DNA from: Proteromonas lacertae
Lineage: Eukaryota
DNA length: 64,000 bases
NCBI GenBank assembly: GCA_002245135.1
Contig: NGBS01000293.1
Coordinates: 372,001-436,000, forward strand
Direction: 5' to 3'
Every line of letters begins with the position of its first letter. Positions within the stretch are counted from its first letter, which is position 1. Of this stretch, positions 50,697 to 64,000 are shown one piece after another. A program made the translations under genes and the position numbers. The notes beneath the pieces are model-generated. The model worked only from the letters and a program-made list of their open reading frames with translations. It did not search any database and was not told the DNA's origin.

Positions 50697-52770
50697 ATGA
50701 ATATTGTTTTAAAAATTAAAGAGTTCTTAGAAGATACATTAGAACGATCTTTTCTGATCGAAGACAGTGGTATAAGTGAGAATACTCTATTTTATAGATG
50801 ATCTGTGTGATTTATTATCTGATGGTGAAGTAATGGAGCATTTATGGCAGAAATTGATGGGAAGACCAATGATTAATAACAACAGTGATAAAGAGAACAA
50901 TCAAAATCTTCAGAATAAGCTAGATCAATTCTATTACAGTGCAAAACAATATGGTGTGAAAGAAAACAGATTAATATCAACAAAAGATATAAAAGCCAAG
51001 AATATGGACAAAATATATTCCTGCTTCAGATATTTGAAAGCATTAAGAAAAGTCCAGAAAGAGAGAAAAGAAGATGGTAATAAATCAATACTCAATATGA
51101 TAAATGCAAATATCTCAGTCAATATGACACAAACAGCCTTACAAATTCAACAAGAGAATAACTTCTTAGTCGATGAACTTACCAAGAAAGTGAGAAATTT
51201 GGAAAAAGAAAACTACATGTTAAAGAATGAGAATAAAGAGTTAATTGATTTAAAAGAAATAAATAAAGAATGTGAAACTTTGAAGAAGAAAATATATGAG
51301 ATTGAAATAGACAAAGAAAAGAAATATAAAGAATTACAACAACAATATAAACTATTGGAACAAAAATATGAAAATGTAAAAAGTAGTGGTACAATAAAAC
51401 CGACTGATTTAATAAAAGTAAAAGGAAATATAAACTCATTAAGAGACTCAATAAATACACTAAAAAATGAAATAGCTATACAAACAAATGATTTAACTGT
51501 TTATATGAAATCAATACAAAATGAAATATCAGTTTCAATATTATCCTTTAAAAAGATACTTAATAAAAAAGATCAAAGAATAGCTCGAGAAATGGAAAAA
51601 ACTAGAAAATATTATAATGAAATCCAAGAATTAAGAGGTAATATAAGAGTCTATTGTAGAATAAAACCATCATTAAAACCTAATTCAAATAGCTTTAAAT
51701 GTGTATATAGTGATGATTATTCAACAGTGAAATTATGTAGTAAAAAATCTAATAATAATGTTTATGATTATACATATGAATATGATTATGTATTTAATGA
51801 AAACAGTAAACAAGAAGAAGTATTTGAAGAAGTTAAACCATTAGTAATGTTATCTTTAGATGGATATAATACTTGTATTTTTGCTTATGGTCAAACAGGC
51901 AGTGGTAAAACATATACAATGGAAGGATATGATAATAACTATGGAATAATATATAGAACATTTGAATTACTATTCAATGAGAAAAGAATAAAAGAAGAAA
52001 GTAATGAAAATAAAATACAAATAAAATATAGAATGTATATGGTAGAAATATACAATGAAACAGTTAGGGATTTGCTAAATGATTTAAAAGTATTAGAAAT
52101 TCATCAAAATAATGATGGAAGTGTATATTTGAGAGATGTGATGAAGAAAGAAATAAATAATTATGAAGAAGTAATAGAAATAATGAAAATGGGAAATAGA
52201 AATCGAAGTACAAATTCAACAAATTCCAATGAACATAGTAGTCGAAGTCATATGTTATTATTTATCGAAATTGAAACAATAAATAAATATATAAATAATA
52301 AAATAAAAGTGAGTAATTTAAGTTTAATTGATTTAGCAGGAAGTGAAAGAGTGAGTAAAAGTGGAGTAAGTGGTGATCGATTAAAAGAAAGTCAAAATAT
52401 TAATAAATCTTTGAGTTGTTTAGGAGATGTGATAGAATCATTACAACAAAAACAACAACATATTCCTTATAGAAATAGTAAATTGACATATTTATTAAAG
52501 AATAATTTGTGTAAAGATAATAAAGTGTTAATGTTTGTTAATATAAATAATGATATAAATGATGTAAATGAAACGAAATGTAGTTTATTATTTGCCAGTC
52601 GAGTTGGAAGTGTAGAATTAGGAAGTAGTAAAGATTATAAAAGTAACAAAGAAATGAAAGAATTGAAAGAAGAAATTCAGATTTTAAGAAATAGTTTAAA
52701 AGAATTTGAAAATAGTAAGATGAAAAGTGAAAAAGAAAAGTGTGATGATAATAATAAAGATGTAGAATAA
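50697..52770 (+). CDS. Kinesin-14 with N-terminal calponin-homology domain and coiled coil
   Basis: CH-like LCDLLSDGEV. Neck IQELRGNIRVYCR. AYGQTGSGKT, NEHSSRSH, DLAGSER and HIPYRNSKLT. One 5' intron. Confidence 0.9.
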
Positions 52771-53226
52771 TATCAACTTTTTTACATTGTCTATTATTAC
52801 TTCATTCAGTAAATAACACCAACTATAAATAACATCTCTACATACAATAAAATTGATTTATCATTCAACTAAACTAATATAATTCACTATTATTTCATTT
52901 TCAACTATAACATTTCAACAATTTTAGAAAAAGACAAAGTTAAACAATATTAACAATGTAAACATAACAATATATCCATAATTAAACCCACTATATGCAT
53001 TTATTTACCATTATATCTTCACCAACAACAGAAACACTCTCACTTACTATTCATCATTTATATCACCATATCATATACAATATACATAAATAAATCATAA
53101 TAGAGTATAATTGTCTTTATCACACCTTCCTGACAATTAGAATTAAATCACATTTTAAGTTTTGGGTTATTCAAAATTTTGATAAAAATCGAATTTCGTT
53201 ATTTTTGTTGATATATTTACATAAAG

Positions 53227-55359
53227 ATGATAATAAAAGTGAATAAAAGCAATAAGAGAAGATGGGTATTTAATATATTTATTTTTATGATAGATTATGT
53301 CGAAAATTGGTTGAAAGTGGTTTTGGTGATATAGAAGTGAAGATTAGAGATAATCGAATAATGTCAATCAAGTCAATTTTAGTGAATGGAAATGAGACTG
53401 TAAAGAAACTGTTGTTAGATGCGTGAGTTTGTTGGAGTTTTGGAGTTATATGAAGAAATCGAAGAAATTAGGCTATTATGAGATGGAGAAATACTACAGT
53501 GGTGGTGAACTGATAATCTGTAAAGAGAGTGTGTGTGAAGTGTTGATGTTTTGTTTATGTTATTGTGAAAAAGAGATAATAAATGATTGTTATGAATTTA
53601 TGAAGAATAATATAGATGATGAAGTATTAATGAAATTAATTCATATATGTAATGTATTTGGTGGATGTTTGAGAGAGATAGAAGAATTGAAAAATATGGA
53701 AATAGAAAAGCGAGGATATAAATATTTATATAATAATGAATATTTGTTGAGATTAGAAATGAATAATTTGATCGAGATATTAAATATGAAAGATGTGATA
53801 ATAGTGAATGAGTTATGGTTATTAAATCGATTATTCGAATGGTATAAATTCCAAAAGAATAAGAATGATAATAAAGAGATTAAAGCAGATTTTAAACAAT
53901 TGATAGAAGAAGATATTGATGGTGAAAAGATAAAAGAGAAAGAGATAGAAAAAGAGAATAAAGAAATGTTGAAAGAAATGAAAATAGAGTTAAAGAAAAA
54001 TGAATGTAAAAATCATATAGAATTATGTTTAATAAAAGATGATAGAATTCAAAATGTAATAATGAACAATTACAATGAAGATAATAAAGAAGAAGACTTT
54101 AATGAAGAAGAAAGAAGAATATTGGATAAGATGAAAGAAGAAGAATTGAATGATGAAATAATGTGTATATTAGAAATGAATAATATAAAAATGAGTGAAA
54201 TAGTATTGATGATAATGAAATATAAAAATATGAAAAAGGAAAGTATAAATACTAAAAATATATTTAAATAGAATATATCTCAAATATCGAAAAGAGAAAT
54301 CTATTGGATAGATTATGTATAGAATATAATGAGAATAAAAGAAATCGAACAATGAAATGTTTATGTTTGTTTGTTGATGATAAAAAGAATATTTCAATAA
54401 TAGAAGAAGTATGTGGAAAAGAAATTCTTTTTAGAATATTAAATGAAGATAATTATTTAAACTCCAAATATAAAGAATTATTAATTGAATATATAAAAGA
54501 GAATAAATTGAGTTTAGAAGAAGAAGAAGAAATGATTGTAATAATAAAAGATAAAGAATTATTGAGTGAATTAAAAACAAAAGAAATCACATCATTTTCA
54601 TATCCTCAATCAGAATATTTATTTATATTAGATCAAGAAATGTCAATAATTTCTTCATTTGATGGAAATCGATGTGAATTTTCAATCAATTCTTCATTGC
54701 CAGATGGTTTAATGTTAAATAAAGAAAATGGAATAATTCATGGAAAAGTGAATAGAGTAATCGAAAAGAGAGAATATGAAATAAGTTGTAAGAATATTGT
54801 AAATGAAAAGAAAATCAAAATATCATTAGAATTTGTTGATATAACATTTACTGAATTAAACAAAAGTAAAAAAATATCAATCTCAAATAATGGAAAATTA
54901 ATAACAAATATAAATGAATATGGTTATAATCATTGTTATTTGAATTTGAAAATGGAAAATGGAGTTTATCATATCAAATATAAATATCATCTAAATGGAA
55001 GTAAATATGATGATATAATGTTAGGATTATCAACTAATAATACATTTTCTGGTTATCGTATTTATGAACAATCAACAACATGTATATATGTATGCATGTG
55101 ATGGTAAAAGTCAAGATATAACTAAATATTGTCATATTGGAAGAGTTGTTAATAAAAATCCAAATTTCAATAATCATAGGAGATGGTTCTAATTTATGAA
55201 GTGATTGTTGATATGAATAAAAGAGAATGGTTGGATAAGTCATAATGATTCATATCCTGTTTTACTTGTTGAAAGATTTACCTTCTCCATTATATCCGTT
55301 ATGTTGAATTATATTATAATACAACTTCAATAGAATTATTATCAGTTTCTCATCAATAA
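53227..55359 (+). CDS. BTB/BACK - Ig-like - SPRY protein, copy 3 (long form; multiple +1 frameshifts, pseudogene or assembly error)
   Basis: Colinear with copy 2, including both introns. Single-base insertions near 53251, 53422 and several within 55085-55300. Confidence 0.75.
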
Positions 55360-55550
55360 AGTTAGATAATATGAAAATTAAAACATTTACATTCTTTATT
55401 TTTAACATAAATGTGTATAAATGCTATAAGATAATATAATGAATGAGATTTTATCATTTTAATTTTGTAACGATCAACTATGAAACGCTTAAATTTTCAA
55501 TTACCGTTTTAATTTTTCTAAATTCAAGCTATAATACCACATAAATCGTA

Positions 55551-56365
55551 ATGTCAGTCATATTAAGAAAAAAAGACTGTGCTTATTTGAAAAGAAACAC
55601 TAGATGTATTTTATTTTGATAATTTTGAAATTAGTTAGTGAAAAAGACATTCAATTATTATTTCATCATTACAAAAGCAATTTATGTCCAGAAGATGATT
55701 GGAGATATGTATACAGTAGTGCAGAAGCTGGACTTGAAGATGACAAAGAACACTTCGTTAGTGCATTTAGTTTAGAAGAAGATGATTTATGTAATGAAGT
55801 GATGTGTGATTTAGAAGACAAAAGTGTAAATTCGATAAGTTTTTTAGATTTTGCTCTTGGTTTAGATGCTACAATTCGGATGGGTAAACCGATTGACAAA
55901 TTAAGGTTATTATTCCAAACAATAGATCATGATAGTGATTCAAAAGTCACAGTGAGTGAATTTAGTAGTACGATGATCTATCATATTCCTCGAAATAAAG
56001 AAAGAACAATGGAAGGAAATATGATTGAATTTTATACACGTGTTAAGAAATACTTGCCAATGATAGAAATAAAAGAGCCAAATGTTTTAACATTTGATGA
56101 ATGTTATAGATTGACAAAAGAAATGAAAGTATTAAATGAAATAATAATAAGTCCATATTACTTAGTGCAAGGGTTGTATAAGAGAGATAAGAAGAAGATT
56201 CATTTGGTAATAAATAGTGAAAATGTGAATGAAGAATTTAATAAATATAATAATAAGGGTTTAAGTAAATTGAATAATGAAAATGATGTAAGAAGTAAAA
56301 GTGAATGTAAATCAAATGATAGTATTATTGAAGATAGATTGAGTGAAAGTGATATATTTGAATAG
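55551..56365 (+). CDS. EF-hand protein, calcineurin-B-like/recoverin-like
   Basis: LKRNTR|FSEKDIQLLFHHY, DLEDKSVNSISFLDF and DKLRLLFQTIDHDSDSKVTVSEF. One intron. Confidence 0.7.
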
Positions 56366-56461
56366 AAATATTTTAGTATTTATATATTTAATTTAAAAAA
56401 ATAATTCAATATAATAACTAATAATAATAATAATAATAATAGATGTAAAACTTGTTTCATT

Positions 56462-59400
56462 TTATACTAATTCTTCAAAATCAGTAACACATTGTTCCAA
56501 ATCTTTCAATGACTTTATAGCCTCTTCAGATACATCTAAATTTCCAATTTCAACCTCATCCAATATATTATTTAACTTTTCTTTCACAAATTTAATCTCA
56601 TTATTCAATTTAAGTAAAATCTCTTTTACTTGTAACCTTGATTCATTTACAGTAGAACAAGTATCATCTAAAGAATCACAAATGTCTTTTAACATCATAT
56701 TTTTCTCACCTTTATTTAATGTTCTTAATCTGTATAAGATATTACTCAAATTGTTACTGTATTCCGTTTCACCTTCATTACTATGATAATAATTATAAAA
56801 TAAATCTTTAGTCGATATATTATCACATAATTCATTTAATTTCATTTTCAACTCTTTGTTCTCTTGAAGTAAACTATAATTTTGTTTAACTGTTGTGTTG
56901 GATAATAAAGTTTCAATTTCTGAATTTAACCTTTTAATTTCTTTATCTTTATTATTAACATTATTATTACTTTCTATTTCGGTTATTTCTTTCTTCATAT
57001 CTTCTACTTCATGATGTAATTGAGTAATATATTGTATAACATTTAACAGAAATGAGCTAATCTCATCAACATTATAACCATCACCATTATACTTTATATC
57101 AATAATACTGCTTAATTGGTCAATTATATTCATTAATTGAATCTTTTGTGTGATAGATGATACATTTTTACTGATTAAATTTATATTATTATTATTATTT
57201 ATTGATTTTGAATAATTATCAACTAACTCATTATAACCTTCCATTAAGTTATTAAAATCTTCATTCGAAAATCCTTCTGCTTTCTTCTTTATTTCATCTA
57301 ATCTTAACCTGTATTATATTCAACAATTTCATTCTTTCCTTTTCATTCTGTTGAAGCTCAGCTTTTAAATAATCATTATCTTCTAATACTTGACGATATC
57401 TATCAATATTTATACCATGGTTTGGGATTTCTTCAGATATTTGATTGAATTTTGCTTCATAAATGGATATTTGGTTTTTTAATTCTTTTATCTTTTCTAA
57501 AACTATTGGATCAATATTATTATTATCTTCTGTTCCATTTTCATTTTCATTTTCTTCTTCATTTTCATTTGCAGTTGATGGTCCAGTAGAACTGATTCTT
57601 CTTCTTTCAGTATTTTCATATTTCATCTTTAAATCAGCATAACTACTCATTAATGATTCATTTTCGTTTAATAGTCTTTGTTTTTCTTCTTCTAATTCTC
57701 TTATCATATCTAAATACTTTTCAACGTTTTCACTATTATTTTCTCTCATTACCAACGAATCTTCTTCTCCATTATGACGATTTTCCAACTCTTTAATTCT
57801 ATTGGTTAATGCTTCATTCTGTCTTTGTAAGTTATTGTATAATTCCTCATATTCGTTGATTTTTTCCAACATATAATTGGTTGGATCAGTTTCAGTTTCA
57901 CTTTCTACCGTATTATTATCATTTCTTCTTTTTGAATTGTTGTCCTGATTACTTCCTGTTAGTTTGGTACCTGAATTATTAGGAGATGAACGTGGTGTAA
58001 TTAACTCACTATTATTATTATTATTATTATTGCTGATGGTATTGTTCTCGTCTATTTTCATTGTTGCTACCTGTTGTTCTAATTTATTAATCTGTTCATC
58101 TTTTACATTGATAGTGTTTTCTAATTCGTGGATATAATTGGCATATTTATCTAATTCCTCTTTCATATTTTCATTATCATCATTATCTTCATCATCTTTA
58201 CTGTCGTTGTTGTTGTTGTTGTTGTTGTTATTGTCTTTATTTTCTAATAATTCATTTAATTGTTCTTTTAATTCTTCATTCTCTTTCATATATTTTGATA
58301 GTAAAAATGATGATGATGATAATGAAGAAGTGTTATTGTCATTTTCATTGTCATTTAATATCTCTTTATTCATGTCTGGAATTGGTGGTAGTTCATCCAT
58401 TTCTTGAATATTATTCTTTTCTTCAACTAATTCGTTTATTTTGTCTTTTAATGATTCATTTTCCTTCTATATTATTATTATTATTATTATTATAAAATAA
58501 ATTTAAATATATATATTATACATCTAAACTTTCAACATGTTCTTGTAAAATTTGAATATCATTCTCTTTTGTATGTAATTTACTGTTTAATAATTCAATT
58601 TCTTTGTTTTTACTTTCACTTAATTCATTCATTTTGCCTTGTAACTCGTGGTATTCATTGCTATTCAATATGAATGACTTTTGAGTAGCATCTAAAATGG
58701 GATTTACGTTTTTCTTTTGTAATTCTTCTACTTCCGCCTATTTTATTCATAAATATAATAATATATATATACTCTTAATGTGTTAACTTGGAAATTGTAC
58801 TTGTTAATTTCCAATTGATATTTTTCCTTCATAAATTCCATATCACTTTGATGTCTATTTTCTATTCTCCTGATATTGTCATTATATTCATTTTGGAGGT
58901 CTCTTAACTCGTATTTGTGATTTGTAGCTAAATCATTAACGTATTTCATATTCACTGGGTTTCTCTATATTAAAATATATAAAATTAAATAAAGTCATTA
59001 ATACTCTATAATTCTCTAATTCGGTGTATAGCATATCTGTTGCTTTTTCATTCTCTTCAATTGTTTCTTTTAGTTGTATTCTTAATTCTAATACTTCTTT
59101 TTGTGAGTTTTCTAAATCTTCACGTAATTTACTATTCTCTTTTCTGTATATTTTGCACAAACTGTTTGGATCTGTTGTTGATATTGTCGTATTTGTGAGA
59201 CTATTGTCAAGTGTGATGAACTTGTCATTGTGACTTGGAGAATTGATAAATGCTATTCACAATATAATACAAAAGATTAAAATACAGGGAGAATGAGAGA
59301 TATCCTGACTAAGTGGAGATTGAGTGTTTTTACTTTTATCACTTGGTGATATATTGTCATTTGTAAATTCTATAAACTATAAAATAAATACAACTTACCG

Positions 59401-59581
59401 AAATTTGTTCCAGATTGTATAGACTTGATAGAATTCCTCTTTATTGTATTGCTTGTATAAGCAGCTGGTGATGAATATGATACATTCAATGAAGATGCTT
59501 TTTGACGTAAGCTTTGAATAAAAGCTTCATCGTCGTCTATTTTGTTATTATCTAATCATTAGATGCAAGAAGAATACTCAT
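56462..59581 (-). CDS. Large coiled-coil protein of unknown function (multi-exon)
   Basis: Heptad-rich ORFs 58936, 58743, 57294 and 56462 on the same strand, joined by short introns. The junction near 57300 is either a 22-nt intron or a +1 frameshift. Confidence 0.7.
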
Positions 59582-59987
59582 TCTGTTGTATGTCTTATGG
59601 CAATAAGCAATATAAAATCACCTAGAAAGAAAATTGACAGTTGTATTTTTCAAAGTATTGTTACCTGTCACTGACATAAATTTTGTAATTTACTAAGAAT
59701 GATTTATCTCATCATATAGTGAGTAATTTATCATGCTTATCATTGAATTACAATTAAAACGCTAATTTACTTTAAGTAAGTATGAAAACAATGTATTTTG
59801 GATGTGAATTGATTATTTCTGATAGATTCTCAATTTAAAATGCACTTTTCATAATCATAATCCAAAATAAATACTTTTCTCACAACAACAAGCACAATTA
59901 TTTATTCATAAGAAGAAAGAAGAATTTATATAAGAATTATCTATACTTCGAAAAGGCTGGAATCATTTTTTAAATTTCAATTTCAAA

Positions 59988-62900
59988 ATGGAACTTAATG
60001 ATGCTACCTTGAAGACAGTTCAACAGCTCTTAGCAGCTTCCTTGTCTCCGGACAACGCTTTAAGGTATACGCTTATCTAATTCTTATTTAAACAGAAAAC
60101 AAGCTGAAGATCAATTGAAGCAATTGGAAGGCAAGCGCAATTACCTTATTCTGTTACTTCAACTTATAAGTAAATGTGAGGATTTTACTATTTGGTATTA
60201 TTCTTTCTTAATTATTGATATTTAGTTTAAGTGCAGCTACGTTATTCAAAAACATCTCTATTAGACGTTTTAGTGATGTATATACTCACAGTAATTATTT
60301 TTTTAATAGGATCCAACAACAGCTGTTGAACCAAGTGAAAGATCTTTAATTTACACTGAAATTGTGAATCTAATGTGTTCAAAACCTGATAAAATCCGTG
60401 CTACCTTAGCTGAAGCCATATCTATCGTAGTAGAAGCCGATTATCCGGATTCTTGGAAAATAGTCTTTCCCAGCTTGATAGAGAATCTAAAAGTACAAGA
60501 TATAAACAAGTATTTAGGTGTATTTGAAACATCCCATGCAATATGCCGACAATTCAGAGATGTTGCTTTAGATGAAAGTAATGTAAAGAAATTACAAACT
60601 GCTTTAGGATACATAGCAGAACCATTATTGCAAGTGTACAATTTAATCACTGGACAATTACCTCATATCAATGGAAATGCAGAACAAACCAAGCAAATCT
60701 ATTATTTGATTAAAATAATGACGAAGCTCTATTACGATTTGAATTATATCACCTTACCTGCATTCTTTGAAGATCATTTGAATGAATGGATGACATTGTT
60801 TAAGTTATATTTAAATATTGATTTTATTACTGGTATATATATATATTATTATTTATTATATTATTATAGATCCTAATAAGACTCAATTAATCGAACTTCA
60901 AGAAACAATCATCGACTCCATCATCTTAATGAGTGAAAAGAATCAAGAAGAGTTCCAACCATATTACACTGAATTTAGTCAAATAATCTGTGGATTATGT
61001 ATGAAACTAAACGAAGATGAAATCTATGATAAACTCTCCATTAGCTGTATGAACTACCTAGGATCAATCATTACAAAGGAACAGTATTATAAAATATTCG
61101 AAGGAAATACATTGATATTGTTATTAAACAATATCATTTATCAGAATATGAAATTTAGAATAAGTGATGAAGAAAACTTCGAAATGAATCCAATTGAATA
61201 TATACGAAGAGATGCTGAAGGTAGTGATAGTTATACACGTAGAAGAAGTGCCAGAGAGCTTGTACAAAATACATTAAAGTATTACTCCAACGTAGTATTT
61301 GCTAATGCGATAGAATATTTAAATAAAATGAAACAAAATTACACTATGAATAAAGTGGATAATTGGAGTAGTAAGGATATATGCATTAACTTAATAATTG
61401 CATTATGTGGTAAAGGTTATACTTATAAATTCGGAGTGATGGAAATAGATCCAAAGATAACCTCTGTAATTGATTTGAATAGGTTTTATAATGATGAGAT
61501 TAAGACCGAATTAATGACATATAATCCATCATCATTATCATTACAAGATGCTATTATTAAAGCAGATTGCATGAAGTTTTGCATGATATTTAGAAATCAA
61601 TTCAATAAGTCTATTATGTTAGAAATAATGCAAATGTTAATAAATTATATAAACAGTGATATAAGTGTATTAAGGATGTATAGTGGAATATGTATTGAAA
61701 GGTTCTTAAGTGTTAAAGACCATGTTGTATTACCAAATGGAATAAAGAAGAATGTAATCCGTATTAAAGATGAAGATATTAGAATATTCATTGGAAAACT
61801 AATTGAATCATTGTTTGGAGTTATCAGTAAGATGGAAGATGAGTTTATAATGAAAGCGATTATGAGAGTGGTATATGTTAGTTTAAGTGATGTAAAAAGT
61901 TGTTTAGAAGTGATTTTAAGAGAATTAACAAATGCTTTAGAAAGAATATGTAAAAATCCACAAAATCCTTCATTTAACCACTACTTATTTGAAACTATTG
62001 CATTGTTAATCAAATGTTTATGTAATGGTAATGTGAATATAATAAGTGGTTTTGAAAAGTGTTTATTTCCATCATTTAATATCATCTTAAGAGATAAAAT
62101 AACTGAATTTACACCTTATGTATATCAATTATTAGGTGAATTATTAGAATGTTATGGAAGCAATAATAATAATAATATAAATGATATATATAAAGATTTA
62201 TATAATAAAATGATGATTCCCTCTGAATGGGATGATAAAGGCAATAATCCTCCAATGATTAAATATATAATTGCTTATTTAAAAATAGATGTAAATTATA
62301 TAATTGCTAATAACTTATTAACAGCTACTTTGGGAATATTTCAAAGATTAATATCTATTAAATCAAGACATTTATATGGATTTGAATTGATTAATTGTAT
62401 TATTGAAAGAATACCATATGAAAATATTAAAAGTTATTTGAGTGAAATTATCAAGATATTATTATTTAAAGCTCAAAATAGTAAAAATGATATTCAATTT
62501 AGAATGGATGCTATAAGCAGCATATGTTTAATGATTGTAACTTATAAAGATGTGAATATAGTCATTAATGCGATTGAATCTATTCAAAATGGTTTATTTT
62601 TGATGGTAATTAGTCAATTGTTTATTCCAATGATTCCTGAATTCTTAAATGAGAAATTAATTAGATGTTTAGTGGTTGGATTATGCTTATTATTCAGTAG
62701 TGGCAAAATTGATGATAATACAGTGAAGATAGGAAGTAAAAATATTTTGAATTTGTTATTGAAGAATAATATAAGTGAAATAAAATCGATTGTTGAGAAT
62801 GAGATGGAGAATAATGAGTCTATTGAAGAGATGGAATATAATTCAAATTATTCTAAATTGATGTATGCTAAAATAGATGAATCAGTATTATTTCCTGATT

Positions 62901-63013
62901 TACCTGATACTACAAAGATATTTTCAAATTTCCTGTCTAATTTGGTTATACAAAATAAATATGAAGCTGATAATGAAGTGAAGGAATATTTAACTAAATA
63001 TCCTCCAAATTAA
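59988..63013 (+). CDS. CSE1: Exportin-2 / importin-alpha re-exporter
   Basis: ASLSPDNALRKQAEDQLKQLE, LPAFFEDHLNEWM, FEMNPIEYIRRDAEGSDSYTRRRSA, KNPQNPSFNHYLFET and EFTPYVYQLL. Confidence 0.95.
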
Positions 63014-63127
63014 AATCATATTTCTGTTATTATATTCTTTTTTCTATTTTTACATTATATTTTTTCTTTACAAACAAACAAATATATATAAAGAATCATT
63101 TTTATAATTAGATATTTTCAGAAATTA

Positions 63128-64000
63128 TCAACTAAAAGCAGCTTTACGATATTCACTACCTTTGATATATCCATCGTAATATCCATTTTTTATATCTTCA
63201 CTATCATTTTCTTCATAAAATACATAAACTATATTATCATAACCATTTAGAAAACCTTCTCCATATCCACGTATATAGTCTTTACTCAATTCAACTTTTT
63301 TATCTTTTACTATTATCTTTTCTATTTTAATCTCTTTTCCAATTTCATTTAATTCTTTTATCTTCTTCTTTAATTCTTCATTTTCATCTTCGCTACATTT
63401 AATACTATCAATTTCCAGCTTTTTAAAACTATTCATCTTTGATATACCATCTATTAACTTTATTATATCTTCATACTTTACAAATTCTCCACGCATATTT
63501 AAATATTCCAAACATTCATATTTTTCGATGTTGTTTATAAAAGCATTTATATCACTTACATTATTACCATTTATATATAATTCTTTTAATTTTGGAACTT
63601 CACATAAACTTTTACATAACTCTTCAAATGCTTTGTCTCATATCTTACATTCATTTAAACTAAGAATCTCTAACTTTGATAAATGTTTTATATTTTTACA
63701 TAATTCATTTATATCCATTACAGCAATTAGATTATGATCAAATCGAAACTCTATTAATTCACTGAATTTATCTAAGTTCTTTATTATTTCATGATTACTT
63801 TTTATATATTGGCCATTATGTCTAAGACTTAATCTCTTTAATTTCATTAATTCACTTCCTCTTTCTGTTAATCTTTCAATTCCATTACTCAATATCTCAT
63901 CTTCATCTTTTATATCAAAATGACAGATTGTGCCTAACTTTAAACATTCGATTTCTATGGGAAGTATATCTATTAAATTAATCATTAAACTATTATTTAT
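63128..64000 (-). CDS. C-terminal part of an LRR protein; in-frame TGA at 63638-63640
   Basis: LRRs LKRLSLRHN, LEILSLNECKI*DK and LKELYINGNNVSD. The frame is continuous across the TGA into ORF 63128-63511. Confidence 0.65.

Noticed and set aside
21040..58500. AAT/TCA/GAA triplet runs and (TA)n tracts
   Set aside because: These are ordinary poly-Asn/Ser/Asp low-complexity coding and intronic microsatellites typical of AT-rich protists.
17642..63640. Alternative genetic code (stop-codon reassignment) suggested by in-frame TAA/TGA
   Set aside because: Long conserved genes (ABCG, CSE1, kinesin) have no internal stops, and TAA, TAG and TGA all terminate intact genes.
2501..63737. Many short antisense or alternative-frame ORFs in the track (e.g. 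2501, 2722, 4195, 6366, 10735, 14021, 26115, 37368, 43129, 58138)
   Set aside because: They are shadows of real genes on the other strand or frame, with F/L/I/S-biased composition, often with TTG/GTG starts.
1..64000. Prokaryotic systems (CRISPR arrays, operons, IS elements), rRNA and tRNA genes
   Set aside because: The sequence is intron-containing eukaryotic DNA. I recognised no spaced direct-repeat array, transposase ORF or structured RNA gene.

Overview
This is not prokaryotic DNA. It is a very AT-rich, gene-dense eukaryotic nuclear region in the standard genetic code, with many tiny GT..AG introns (about 23-46 nt). The ORF track therefore fragments almost every gene. Tiny introns, TGTTTGTT-like tracts after genes, Ig-like domain expansions and a PKS relic suggest a Blastocystis-like stramenopile protist (inference). 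Conserved-looking genes include a WW/coiled-coil protein, ARMC1-like, LSm6, a CAP-Gly/IQ PPEF phosphatase, a PDR-type ABCG transporter, two EF-hand proteins, a PB1-MAP3K-IQ-WD40 kinase, a GP63/leishmanolysin protease, two LITAF genes, Med22-like, a CH-kinesin-14 and CSE1. Interleaved with them is a fast-evolving accessory layer. It has three BTB/BACK-Ig-SPRY genes with near-identical N-termini and patchwork variable SPRY domains, plus a divergent BTB relative. It also has two pseudokinase-LRR genes (one ending in CaaX), a collapsed third copy, an 8-RRM array, and relics of HSP70, ABCG and type I PKS genes. The BTB-SPRY and pseudokinase-LRR families share an upstream motif. Together they are the best candidate for an undescribed system: a diversifying, possibly immune-like, intracellular recognition/ubiquitination repertoire. 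Domain calls come from motif recognition by eye, not database searches. Several frameshifts may be assembly errors.
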